From a virus (lineage: Duplodnaviria > Caudoviricetes), in the IMG/VR virus record IMGVR_UViG_3300006118_000024, positions 1-34,330 of that record: a stretch of DNA of 34,330 nt; one strand, 5' to 3'. The number at the start of each line of letters is the position of its first letter. Positions within the stretch are counted from its first letter, which is position 1. Under the pieces are notes generated by a model. It searched no databases and was not told the origin of the DNA. It was given only the letters and a program-made list of their open reading frames with translations. The position numbers and the translations under genes are program-made. Positions 25,531-34,330 of the stretch are shown here, piece by piece.

Positions 25531-25875
25531 ATGGCATTAGGTTTAAATAAAATCATCATTTCTGGTACTACTTCCAACACGCCAGGCGCGTATTGGCAGC
25601 TAACTACTTTATCAGCAAACAACACAACTGTTCTTGTTCCTGCTGGTACATACTTAGTGTTCCCAACTGCAAACGTAACTATTGAGGCTGTATCTGCATA
25701 CAACGCTTCAAATAGCACTGCAACTTGGTCAACATTGTTAGCTAACAATACTGGCGGTGTGTTAATTTCAGACGGTACTAACGTCCGTGCTAACGTAACT
25801 GTTGCTACAAACACAACAATTACACTAGCTACTGTTGACGGTGGTCAAGCTGTAACTGGCACATACAACTCATAA
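25531..25875 (+). CDS. Putative capsid decoration / minor structural protein
   Basis: Thr/Ala/Val-rich beta protein directly after the capsid gene; strong RBS. Confidence 0.6.
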   Translation: MALGLNKIIISGTTSNTPGAYWQLTTLSANNTTVLVPAGTYLVFPTANVTIEAVSAYNASNSTATWSTLLANNTGGVLISDGTNVRANVTVATNTTITLATVDGGQAVTGTYNS

Positions 25876-25887
25876 TAGGAGAGTAAC

Positions 25888-26346
25888 ATGGCAAATCCAG
25901 ATTCAGTCAGTCAACTTTATGGAAGTAGTTTTGGTAGCTTTGCGGTTGCTAATGCTGTAACTGTATCTGTTGGCTCAACTGGTAATGCTGTAGTCGCTCT
26001 CCCCATTTTAAGCGGCGGTGTAACCGTAGGTTCTACTGCTGCTTCATCTGGTGGTGTAATTATTCGCCGTGTAACTGTTCAGAACCCAAGTGGCAATATT
26101 GGTACTGCTAATATTGCTATTTTGACTTCAAATGATGGTAACGCGAGTAATGCTGTTGTATCAAACGTAGTTTTGTCTAACTTAACTGCGGCTGGTACAT
26201 ACCAAGATTTGACTGTAGCCTCACCTTATAGCACTACAACTGTTTTAACGGGAAATGTATCTCAAGCATTGTATGTGAAAGTAAATACTGCTGTTTCTGG
26301 CGGTACTTTAGATATTCGCGTATATGGCGATGTGGTAACATTCTAA
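25888..26346 (+). CDS. Putative cement / minor structural protein
   Basis: Beta-sandwich-like; LYV.V....GGT.DIRVYG C-terminus. Confidence 0.6.
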   Translation: MANPDSVSQLYGSSFGSFAVANAVTVSVGSTGNAVVALPILSGGVTVGSTAASSGGVIIRRVTVQNPSGNIGTANIAILTSNDGNASNAVVSNVVLSNLTAAGTYQDLTVASPYSTTTVLTGNVSQALYVKVNTAVSGGTLDIRVYGDVVTF

Positions 26347-26348
26347 TT

Positions 26349-26681
26349 ATGGATACAATATTCGTAACTAATCATTCTGACATTGAACTGGTTGACGGTT
26401 GGAACGGGGTTAAATATGACTTTAAACCTGGCGCAACTGTTGAATTACCAATTTCAATTGCTACTCATATTTTTGGTTATGGTGTTGAAGACAAAGAACC
26501 GTATTTGGCTAGGCTTGGTTGGGCTAAATCCCGTAACGAGTTAAAAGATGGCTTGGCTATCTTAAACAAGTGGGAATTTACCAATGAAGCTCCAAAAAAA
26601 GACCGCGTTTTATCCCCCGTGGTGGAGAAAGTACCCTTGCCCTTTAAAAAGGCAGGGGGAAAAATCCCTTCGGCTGCTTAA
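26349..26681 (+). CDS. Hypothetical head-tail region protein
   Basis: In-operon ORF, 110 aa. Confidence 0.7.
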   Translation: MDTIFVTNHSDIELVDGWNGVKYDFKPGATVELPISIATHIFGYGVEDKEPYLARLGWAKSRNELKDGLAILNKWEFTNEAPKKDRVLSPVVEKVPLPFKKAGGKIPSAA

Positions 26682-26696
26682 TCAAATGAGAACTGA

Positions 26697-27539
26697 ATGG
26701 CTACACTATCTTCTTACATTACGGAAGTCCGTAGGCTTTTGCATGATGCAAACGCGAACTTCTATACCGACTCTCAGCTAACTGATTATATCAATGAAGC
26801 TAGGAATCGTGTCGTAAGAGATACGGGATGCCTAAGAACAATTCAAGTAACACAAACCCCTGCTCCAGTTAGCTCTGGTGCATCTAATCCTTATATCTGG
26901 GCTGCCAGCACTGCTGTTTCATTAAATGATTATGTATTTTCTAACATTTACATTTATCAAGTAACAACGGCTGGAACATTGGGGACAACTGCGCCTCCAT
27001 ACCCACAAGGAAACTCAGCATTACCACCAAGCACACCGTTTTTAAACGGAACAGCTTACTTACAATATGTAGGAAACGCAGAAAACATTAATTACGCTGC
27101 GCTTCCACAAGGGATTAACACTTTAGACGTTTTAAATATAAACCTCTACTGGGGTAACTCTCGTATTCCATTGCGCTATATGCCTTGGACTCAATTCAAT
27201 GCTCAATTGCGTTATTGGCAAAATTACGTTGGAAGACCAATTGCTTTCAGCGTTTACGGACAAGGACAAATTTATGTTTCTCCTGTTCCAGACCAGGTAT
27301 ATCCAATTGAAGTTGATACTGTGTTGCTTCCAATTGCTTTAGTAAATACAGCAACAGTAGATACTATTGTTGACCCGTACACCAGCCCTGTGAAATTTTA
27401 TTCTGCTTACCTTGCTAAATATTATGAGCAGTCTTATGGTGAAGCTGAAATTTACAAACAAGAGTATTTGAAACACGTTCAATCTGTGCTTGCTACTACT
27501 TTCACTAGACGTATTCCCGACCCTTATGATGGGAGTTAA
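26697..27539 (+). CDS. Head-tail adaptor (tail tubular protein A-like)
   Basis: TL..YI.EVRRLL.D....YTDSQL.DYINEA N-terminus; IYV.PVPD..Y; C-terminal helices. Confidence 0.75.
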   Translation: MATLSSYITEVRRLLHDANANFYTDSQLTDYINEARNRVVRDTGCLRTIQVTQTPAPVSSGASNPYIWAASTAVSLNDYVFSNIYIYQVTTAGTLGTTAPPYPQGNSALPPSTPFLNGTAYLQYVGNAENINYAALPQGINTLDVLNINLYWGNSRIPLRYMPWTQFNAQLRYWQNYVGRPIAFSVYGQGQIYVSPVPDQVYPIEVDTVLLPIALVNTATVDTIVDPYTSPVKFYSAYLAKYYEQSYGEAEIYKQEYLKHVQSVLATTFTRRIPDPYDGS

Positions 27540-27541
27540 TA

Positions 27542-29515
27542 GTGGCACAATCTCCAGAGCAAAAAAAATCTTACCAGATAGTAAAGCAGTTTAAAGGCTT
27601 AAATACTAAGGCTAACAGAACTGCTATTGGTGAAGACGAATTTTCATGGCTAGAAAATGCCATGCCTATTGGGTATGCCAACCTTAAAATCACACCAGCT
27701 CAGAATAGTTTAGGAATTACTTTTGCAAATACCGTAACAGGATGGTTTTCCGTTAATATTAATCTTATTGATTATATTTTAGCGTTCCAATCAGATGGTA
27801 GTTGCGAATATGTAAATTTACAGACTAACACCAAAGGAACTGTAGCTACTGCTGGTAAGTTTTCTGGTTCTGGTATTAGCGTTAGCCAATGGAAAAACAC
27901 ACAAGCGCTAATTTTAGACCCGACTAATGGGTATTTCTATTGGGATGGCACTTATTTAGTGTCTGTAGGCTCTGTAGGCGCGATTTATATTACAAATGGT
28001 GGCACAGGGTACACTTCAGCACCAACTATCACTATAAGCGCTCCAAACGATGCTAACGGCATACAAGCAACTGCGACTGCTACTGTTACTGCTAACGTAG
28101 TAACAAGTATTTCATTAACTAACGCTGGTTCTGGTTATACAACTGCGCCAACGGTTACTTTTGCAGGGGTTGGAACAAATGCTGCGGCGATTGCTAGTGT
28201 TGTCACGTTTAAAACTGGTACGGTATCGGCGGTGGTTACGAACGGTGGTTCTGGCTATACTAATGCTGCCAATACTGTTGTCACTATTGCTGGTGGTGGC
28301 GGCACTAATGCTGCTGGTACTGCCATATTATCTGGCGGTCAAGTTGTTGGAATAGCAATTACCAATCCTGGTTCTGGATATACCAATTCATCAAATATCA
28401 CTGTGACCATCACGGGTGGTGGTGGCACTAATGCAAAAGCAACTGGCGTTATTAACTTAAGTAATAATGTTGGTATTGCGACTTTTTCTGGACGGGTTTG
28501 GATAGCTTATGGACGTACTGTTGCGTATAGCTCTGCTGCTTCTTTCACTGATTTTGTTACTGTGTCTGCTGGAACAGTTACCTTAACTGACAGCACATTA
28601 CACGGAAACATTATTTCTCTGTTATCAGCCAACAACTTTTTATACATTTTTGGTGATGACAGTATTAACGTATTTTCGGACGTTCGCGTCACCACAACTG
28701 GTTCAACTTTATTTACAAACACTAACGTATCGGCTTCTGTTGGAACTAAACGTGCTTATGCAATATTCCCATACTTCCGTTCAGTATTATTTATGAATGA
28801 TTACGGGGTGTATGCACTTGTTGGTTCAACCACCAGCAAATTGTCAGACCCGTTAGATGGCGTGTTTCCTAACATTGATTTTACAAATCCAATTTATGCT
28901 GGACAAGTATTGTTGAATAACATCTTGTGCGCTGTATTCAATTTTAGATATTACGATGCAACATTTACTCAAAGCTATCGTTACATTCAAGCGGTGTTTT
29001 TTGAGAAAAAATGGTTTATCACTAGCCAGGGCAATAGCCTTAAATACATTACGTCTGCTCCAGTAGGCGGTAAAATTACATTGTATGGCACTGACGGTAC
29101 TAACTTATATCAACTTTACGCTAATACTACATCAACAATATCTAGTATTGTTCAGACAGCATTGCTTCCTATGGGCGATAACATTCGCACTAAACAATCA
29201 TTAAAATTTGCTATTGAAGCTACATTAGGTACTGGTGGCTCATCGCTTACAGCAAGTATTGATTCAGAAACAGGGTCAAGCACTCAATACAGTTTAGGAA
29301 ACATAACTTCATGGTCTAATAGCCTTGGAAGCGTTATTCCTTGGTCAAATAACAGTTCAGCTTTAATTCCTTGGTCTGGCGGTAACGGTTATACGCTTTA
29401 CAAAACAGACTCACAAATGTTTGGTAAGTATTTAGGAATTACATCGCAATCTACAAGTCCTAATTTTGTTTATAATGGCTTTGAATTTGAACATGAACTA
29501 AGAGTAAGATTTTAA
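27542..29515 (+). CDS. Tail nozzle / DNA stabilisation protein (tubular protein B-like)
   Basis: F.GLNT N-terminus, GRVW..., VG...AI, GVY.L.G...SKLSDP propeller motifs; follows the adaptor. Confidence 0.75.
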   Translation: MAQSPEQKKSYQIVKQFKGLNTKANRTAIGEDEFSWLENAMPIGYANLKITPAQNSLGITFANTVTGWFSVNINLIDYILAFQSDGSCEYVNLQTNTKGTVATAGKFSGSGISVSQWKNTQALILDPTNGYFYWDGTYLVSVGSVGAIYITNGGTGYTSAPTITISAPNDANGIQATATATVTANVVTSISLTNAGSGYTTAPTVTFAGVGTNAAAIASVVTFKTGTVSAVVTNGGSGYTNAANTVVTIAGGGGTNAAGTAILSGGQVVGIAITNPGSGYTNSSNITVTITGGGGTNAKATGVINLSNNVGIATFSGRVWIAYGRTVAYSSAASFTDFVTVSAGTVTLTDSTLHGNIISLLSANNFLYIFGDDSINVFSDVRVTTTGSTLFTNTNVSASVGTKRAYAIFPYFRSVLFMNDYGVYALVGSTTSKLSDPLDGVFPNIDFTNPIYAGQVLLNNILCAVFNFRYYDATFTQSYRYIQAVFFEKKWFITSQGNSLKYITSAPVGGKITLYGTDGTNLYQLYANTTSTISSIVQTALLPMGDNIRTKQSLKFAIEATLGTGGSSLTASIDSETGSSTQYSLGNITSWSNSLGSVIPWSNNSSALIPWSGGNGYTLYKTDSQMFGKYLGITSQSTSPNFVYNGFEFEHELRVRF

Positions 29516-29526
29516 TAGGAATTGAC

Positions 29527-30462
29527 ATGACTAAACCAGTAACCATACCAAATACCTTTGCTAATGCGACTACTACTATTCCGTTATCGCAATTAGACTC
29601 TGATTTTTCTGTTCTTGCTTCAGCAATTAACGACCCTGCTACATATTCTAGTTATGCTGCTGATACTGGAACGGCTAATACTTATGTTGTGACGCTTAAT
29701 CCAGCGCCATCAAGTTTGTCATCTATTGTTGGTTTGATTATTACATTTAAAACGTCAAACGCTAATACTGGAGCATCCACATTAAATCTTAATGCTTTAG
29801 GAGCTTTAAGCATTGTTAGTAGCACAGGAAGTGCTTTAACGGCTGGTCAAATTTCATCAAATTCTATTGTTGCAGTATCTTATAACGGTACTAATTTTAC
29901 TTTAATTGGAGCAAGTGCAAGTGCCACTCCTAGTGCAACAGGTGGTTTGCTTAACATCCAATATTTCACCACACCAGGAACAGCAACATATACTCCTACA
30001 GCAAACACAAGCTCTGTCATTGTTGAAGTTGTTGGCGGTGGCGGTGGTTCTACTGGGGGATTGGGAGCTGGTGCTGGGACTGGTGGCACATCATCTTTTG
30101 GAGCTTTAGTTAGTGCAACTGGAGGAGGTGCTTATAACTCGCCTGGGGCAGGAGCAAGCGGTGATTTAAACCTTACAGGTGGTCAAGGTGGTAGAGTTGC
30201 TGCTAGTACTACTGTTGTTACTAGTAATCAAGTAGGCGGTGTTGCTGGTCTTTGCTATGGAAACTATGGATTTGGAGCAAGCCAATCAGGTGCTAATTCT
30301 GGTTCAATTGCCATTATCGCTGGTGCAGGTGGTGGTGCTGCTCGTAAAAAAATCACATCTTCATTTAGTGGGGTTACTGTAACTGTGGGAGCTGCTGGTA
30401 CTGCTGGTACTAGCGGCAATGCTGGCAATGCTGGCATCGTCATTGTTTACGAATACGCATAA
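29527..30462 (+). CDS. Tail fibre protein with Gly-rich C-terminal domain
   Basis: LSQLD.DF attachment region, GTANTY/NTGASTLN.N.LGA domain, VEVVGGGGG...GG.SSFG...GIVIVYEY domain. Confidence 0.8.
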   Translation: MTKPVTIPNTFANATTTIPLSQLDSDFSVLASAINDPATYSSYAADTGTANTYVVTLNPAPSSLSSIVGLIITFKTSNANTGASTLNLNALGALSIVSSTGSALTAGQISSNSIVAVSYNGTNFTLIGASASATPSATGGLLNIQYFTTPGTATYTPTANTSSVIVEVVGGGGGSTGGLGAGAGTGGTSSFGALVSATGGGAYNSPGAGASGDLNLTGGQGGRVAASTTVVTSNQVGGVAGLCYGNYGFGASQSGANSGSIAIIAGAGGGAARKKITSSFSGVTVTVGAAGTAGTSGNAGNAGIVIVYEYA

Positions 30463-30471
30463 GGATAAATT

Positions 30472-30858
30472 ATGTTAGCTTTAATATCACCAAATGAAAA
30501 CAATAGAATTTGCCAAGTAGAACAGACAGATTTTCCTGTAGCTCCTCCATTAGAGTGGGTGAGTTGTCCAGATAATTGCACAACAGAGTGGACTTATAAC
30601 AACGGTACTTTTGAACCGCCAAATCCTCCTGCTCCTCCAACAGCAGAGGAAAATGCAGCAACAGCCGCATCATTATTATCGGCTACAGACTGGACTACCA
30701 TTGCTGACGTTGGCAATCCTGCTATGAGCAATCCTTATCTTGCTAATCAAGCCGATTTTATTGCATACCGTAATTCTGTAAGACAATACGCAGTTTATCC
30801 CGTAGCTGGAAATATTACATGGGCTACTTTACCAACGGAAGTTTGGACTAAGGTTTAA
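30472..30858 (+). CDS. Tail fibre assembly chaperone
   Basis: FPVAPPL.WV.CPD....WTY..GTF plus LLSATDWT..ADV...FIAYR..VR; follows the fibre. Confidence 0.75.
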   Translation: MLALISPNENNRICQVEQTDFPVAPPLEWVSCPDNCTTEWTYNNGTFEPPNPPAPPTAEENAATAASLLSATDWTTIADVGNPAMSNPYLANQADFIAYRNSVRQYAVYPVAGNITWATLPTEVWTKV

Positions 30859-30864
30859 AAATAG

Positions 30865-31098
30865 ATGAATCCACAAACAATTATCAATATTGCTTTTGCC
30901 ATTACTGGATTTTTGGGTGGATGGATATTGAAAATTATTTGGGATGAAATTAAATTACTTCAAAAAAATCAGCAGGGAATTGAACATGATATTTCATCAA
31001 ATTATGTTCGCAAAGATGATTACCGAGTAGATATTGCTGAAGTAAAAGGGATGCTTGCTAGAATATTTGACAAATTAGACGGAAAAGCAGATAAATAA
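30865..31098 (+). CDS. Single-TM coiled-coil protein (holin-like)
   Basis: N-terminal TM, YVRKDDY and IFDKLDGKADK motifs. Confidence 0.65.
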   Translation: MNPQTIINIAFAITGFLGGWILKIIWDEIKLLQKNQQGIEHDISSNYVRKDDYRVDIAEVKGMLARIFDKLDGKADK

Positions 31099-31436
31099 TG
31101 AACATGGACACATTAAGCATCGTTAAATTTGGTGACGTTGAATCACTTAACGAGTTTTTGTTTGAAAACGGTGTCCAACATAAATTATTTCAAGAAACAT
31201 TTATGGATGCAGGAATTACTGTTCCTGTGTTTCCACTGATAGATGCAGACGTTAATAACCTTGATGATTGGTTGTTAGCACATGACGTTGAGCATGAAAC
31301 ATTCGCGTCATTATTAGGGCTTAATAACCCTTTTAATATGTTAGATACTAACTGGAACGTAGAAGACGATTTTTACGATTGGATAGCTTCTCATTTGTAT
31401 ATACATGAACAAATAGTTGCGTCATTGGGGCTTTAA
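31098..31436 (+). CDS. Acidic His-repeat protein, 112 aa
   Basis: Internal repeat DW...H...HE (DWLLAHDVEHE / DWIASHLYIHE). Confidence 0.75.
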   Translation: MNMDTLSIVKFGDVESLNEFLFENGVQHKLFQETFMDAGITVPVFPLIDADVNNLDDWLLAHDVEHETFASLLGLNNPFNMLDTNWNVEDDFYDWIASHLYIHEQIVASLGL

Positions 31437-31438
31437 TT

Positions 31439-31837
31439 ATGAATTCTTTAGAAATTGTTAAACAAGCTGCTCACACACAAATGGGAGCTAATGCTGACAT
31501 GGATACATTTCTTAAAAAATTAGTCGGTTGGACAAAAAAAGCTAACAATAAATTAATCCAGATTGGAAACACTGTTTTCCTAGTGACTTTAATTAATCCA
31601 CAAACGTGTCAAGTAAGTATTTTAAATGCGGATAGCGAGCCTAATTTAATTAACAATATCAAAGGCATAGCAAAAACATTAAAAAGCCAAGGCATTAAAA
31701 AAATGACTGGGTATGCAAATGATAAAAAATATTTAGATTTGGCTAAAAAGACGCAACTGCCGTTTAAAATAAAACAAGGTCAAGGCATGGCGCAAGATAG
31801 CGCAGTTCCAGCGTATGTTTTTGAATTGGACTTGTAA
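31439..31837 (+). CDS. Hypothetical protein, possibly a degenerate GNAT fold
   Basis: K..GIKKM.G......LAKK..L pattern; sits where T7-like phages have gp13. Confidence 0.45.
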   Translation: MNSLEIVKQAAHTQMGANADMDTFLKKLVGWTKKANNKLIQIGNTVFLVTLINPQTCQVSILNADSEPNLINNIKGIAKTLKSQGIKKMTGYANDKKYLDLAKKTQLPFKIKQGQGMAQDSAVPAYVFELDL

Positions 31838-32293
31838 TTGATAATCATCAAACAAATAGATTATCGGGATTTAAACAATATTTCAGAATTTAAGAATATT
31901 GTTGAGGAATACACGGCTGAAAGCGCCGTAGAAGAAATGTTGCCAATAAAAACAGACGTTGATTTGTATATTAAGCTAAATGAATTAAAAAAAATGATTA
32001 CATTGGCTGCGTATGATGATGACGTTCTTATTGGTTATGCGAATTTTTTGCTTTCACCTAATTTGCATTACAGTAAATTAACTGCGGTAACAGAATCTTT
32101 TTTTATAAAAGAGGATTATCGTAAGACTGGTGCTGGGATGGCTTTATTAAAAGAGATGGAAAAGTTAGCTAAAGAAAATGGTGCTGTAGCGTTTATGGTA
32201 ACAGCGCCAAGTGATAGCAAATTATCTGTTGTCATGGAAAAAAATAAAGCATATAAAGAAACTAACAAAGTATTTTTTAAAAGCCTTTTATAA
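31838..32293 (+). CDS. GNAT family acyltransferase
   Basis: LIGY, FFIKEDYRKTGAGMALLKEMEKLAKENGA (acyl-CoA binding motif A), Y..T...F.K.L. Confidence 0.88.
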   Translation: MIIIKQIDYRDLNNISEFKNIVEEYTAESAVEEMLPIKTDVDLYIKLNELKKMITLAAYDDDVLIGYANFLLSPNLHYSKLTAVTESFFIKEDYRKTGAGMALLKEMEKLAKENGAVAFMVTAPSDSKLSVVMEKNKAYKETNKVFFKSLL

Positions 32294-32757
32294 TGCAATT
32301 AGCTCAAAAAAATATTGAAATATCACGCATGGATGAAGACGCAATTAACAATGTGCGTAAGTTAGAAAATGTTTTGTTGCAGTTTCCACAAGTTAAATTA
32401 AAGACTGACCATGTTTTGCATGGTGGAATGTATGCTAGGACTTTGACAATACCAAAAGGAACAGTAGTTTCTGGAGCGTTTGTTAAAATACCTACTACCC
32501 TTATAGTTCAAGGGCATTGCAAAATATACATAGGGGACAGCGTATCGGAATTGACTGGTTACAATGTAATTCCTGCAAGCGCTAATAGGAAACAAGCCGT
32601 ATATACTTATGATGAAACAATGGTGACGATGATTTTTGCGACAAATGCAAATAGCATAGAAGAAGCAGAAATGGAATTTACAGACGATGTTTCATCTTTA
32701 ATGTCTAATAATGGTTTGGCTGATAACAAATATATTACGACTAAGGAAATAAAATGA
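32293..32757 (+). CDS. Cupin-fold protein
   Basis: H....GMYARTLTIPKGTVVSG...K.PT.LIVQG...G...PA...RKQAVY double-stranded beta-helix pattern. Confidence 0.75.
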   Translation: MQLAQKNIEISRMDEDAINNVRKLENVLLQFPQVKLKTDHVLHGGMYARTLTIPKGTVVSGAFVKIPTTLIVQGHCKIYIGDSVSELTGYNVIPASANRKQAVYTYDETMVTMIFATNANSIEEAEMEFTDDVSSLMSNNGLADNKYITTKEIK

Positions 32758-33509
32758 GTGGAGCTGTCACTGCTGTTGCCGTAACTGTTGCTGTTACCGA
32801 TGTAGTTGCGGCTACTGTTGGTGCTGAAATTTTAGGTTCTACAATCCTAGCTGACGTAGCGACTGGCGCAATTGCTAGTGGTATTGGTGGTGGTGCAGGA
32901 GCTTTGGTATCTGGCGGTGATGTTGGACAAGGTATTTTATTTGGCAGTTTATCTGGCGGTCTTGGCGCTGGTGTGTCTGACGCTTTAAAAGCAACTGAGT
33001 TTGGTGCTGGACTTACTGATAAATTGGTTGGGTATGGGTTATCTCCAGAATCAGCAAAAATATTAACTAATGCTGGAACAAAATTTGCAACAGGAACAGC
33101 AACGGGATTAGCGCTTGGTCAAGACCTTGGTGCTGCTGCAAAAGGTGGTTTAATAGGCGCTGCTGGTAGTGCGCTTGGAAATTATTTGATTGGCGACCCA
33201 AGTTCAAGTTCTGCTACTGATAAAGCGATTAATGCGTTTGAAAAAGGTTTGATTAATACTGGAATTAACACTGCATTTAATAGCCCTGGGTCATCTGGAG
33301 CATCAACAAGTTATGGTAGCCCTGCATCTACGGTTGCTACTACTGGACAGGCTGGTAGCACGGCTGGTTCACAAGCATTAGCTAGTGCATTAAATGTTGG
33401 CGACCCAACATCAACATTATCTGGTGAAACTGGCGGTAAGTATAAAAACGTATGGAATACTGCATCATTGAAAAACCCAAATGAAGACTTAGGGACACAA
33501 AATGGCTAA
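32754..33509 (+). CDS. Probable internal virion/ejection protein (Gly/Ala-rich, hydrophobic N-terminus)
   Basis: ATGA overlap with the cupin gene; glycine-zipper segments. Confidence 0.65.
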   Translation: MSGAVTAVAVTVAVTDVVAATVGAEILGSTILADVATGAIASGIGGGAGALVSGGDVGQGILFGSLSGGLGAGVSDALKATEFGAGLTDKLVGYGLSPESAKILTNAGTKFATGTATGLALGQDLGAAAKGGLIGAAGSALGNYLIGDPSSSSATDKAINAFEKGLINTGINTAFNSPGSSGASTSYGSPASTVATTGQAGSTAGSQALASALNVGDPTSTLSGETGGKYKNVWNTASLKNPNEDLGTQNG

Positions 33510-34330
33510 ACAAATTGCACGACTATTGAAAACAGACATTATGGCTGACATGGACTTGAAAGCCCTAGCTCAGATATTGCAAAAGCAAGGTCGTGGAAAC
33601 GATACTGTTTTGGCTCACATTACTAAAAAAGAAGCTGAACGTCTTAAGAAACAAGGCGGTTCTGGCACTATCAATCCTAACACTGGGTTGCCAGAATTTG
33701 ATGATACTGGCGCTATTGATACATCGTCTTACACTCCTATTGATACTTCTGGCGGTGGAATTACTACTGCTGCTGGTCAAGGCACTCCTACAAGTGATTA
33801 TCAATACCAACCTCAAGCAACGCCTTCAGCGCCAATAGATATTACACAACCTACCCCTTCTGCTGGTGGAGAGGCTTCTGGCGGTATTTCACCACCAATT
33901 CAATTTGGTCAGCCATCTAATCAACCAGGAATAAACGCAAATACCCCAATTAGTTTTGGTGCAGGGGTTCAATTGCCTGGTGCTGGAACACCATCACCTA
34001 CATTCCAAGACGTAGCAACTAAAGATATAAATGCTGCAATTGGCGGTGGAACAACGCAAGACAATACATTGCTTAATAAATTATTGTCGCCAGAAAACAT
34101 TGGTAAATATGGTTTGGCTGGTATTCAAGGTTTAATTGGTGCGTATCAAACTAATAAGGCTCAAAAACAGGGACAACAAGCAAAAACAGAGCAAATGAAA
34201 ATTGCTCAACCTTATCAACAACAAGGTAAACAATTAATTGACCAAGCTCAACGTGGTGAATTAAGCACTGCGTCACAACAACAATTAGAAGCAGCACAAG
34301 CACAAGCGGCTCAAGGAATTGAAGCTAGAG
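33502..34330 (+). CDS. Internal virion/ejection protein, N-terminal part; continues to position 280 (missing from ORF track)
   Basis: MAKQIARLLK...GRGNDTVLAHITKKEAERLKKQGGSGTINPNTGLPEF; frame open to the end of the window. Confidence 0.85.
   Translation, partial: MAKQIARLLKTDIMADMDLKALAQILQKQGRGNDTVLAHITKKEAERLKKQGGSGTINPNTGLPEFDDTGAIDTSSYTPIDTSGGGITTAAGQGTPTSDYQYQPQATPSAPIDITQPTPSAGGEASGGISPPIQFGQPSNQPGINANTPISFGAGVQLPGAGTPSPTFQDVATKDINAAIGGGTTQDNTLLNKLLSPENIGKYGLAGIQGLIGAYQTNKAQKQGQQAKTEQMKIAQPYQQQGKQLIDQAQRGELSTASQQQLEAAQAQAAQGIEAR
34314..34330. repeat. 17-bp terminal direct repeat, copy 2
   Basis: Identical to positions 1-17. Confidence 0.95.

Noticed and set aside
25500-25540. Capsid stop read-through or frameshift extension
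   Set aside because: A second in-frame TAA follows two codons later, there is no slippery heptamer, and the next gene has its own RBS.
820-33838. The many 60-107 aa antisense or off-frame ORFs inside long genes
   Set aside because: They lack RBSs and motifs and are fully nested in well-supported genes; only the 7788..8144 frame was kept as a candidate.

Overview
The window is a complete, circularly assembled genome of a small tailed phage with podovirus-like architecture. Positions 1-17 repeat exactly at 34314-34330 (unique length 34,313 bp), and one ORF (33502->280) reads through the join. The + strand arm (16953-34330, continuing 1-9252) carries terminase, portal, scaffold, major capsid, adaptor/nozzle, tail fibre plus chaperone, a GNAT/cupin pair, four ejection-type proteins, a large beta-rich structural protein and a lysis cassette with an M15 endolysin. 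The - strand arm (16477->9249) carries ArdC, small early genes, a YqaJ/RecT/SSB/RusA recombination module, an HTH protein, a glycosyltransferase and a SAM methyltransferase. I recognise no DNA polymerase, primase, helicase, initiator, RNA polymerase, integrase, repressor, tRNA or CRISPR array. The main unexplained signals are: (1) an oriC-like locus with three perfect tandem DnaA boxes, an AT-rich element and convergent terminators; (2) unannotated Arg/Lys-rich micro-ORFs, including tandem 15-aa and 14-aa protamine-like peptides between portal and scaffold, sharing a C-terminal R-[KQ]-[AT]-[RK]-[RK] tail; (3) a His-repeat/GNAT/cupin enzyme block coupled to the ejection genes; (4) a candidate sRNA with a CCUCC anti-SD loop; (5) a nested lipoprotein in the lysis cassette. 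All family calls come from motif recognition and gene order; no database search was run.
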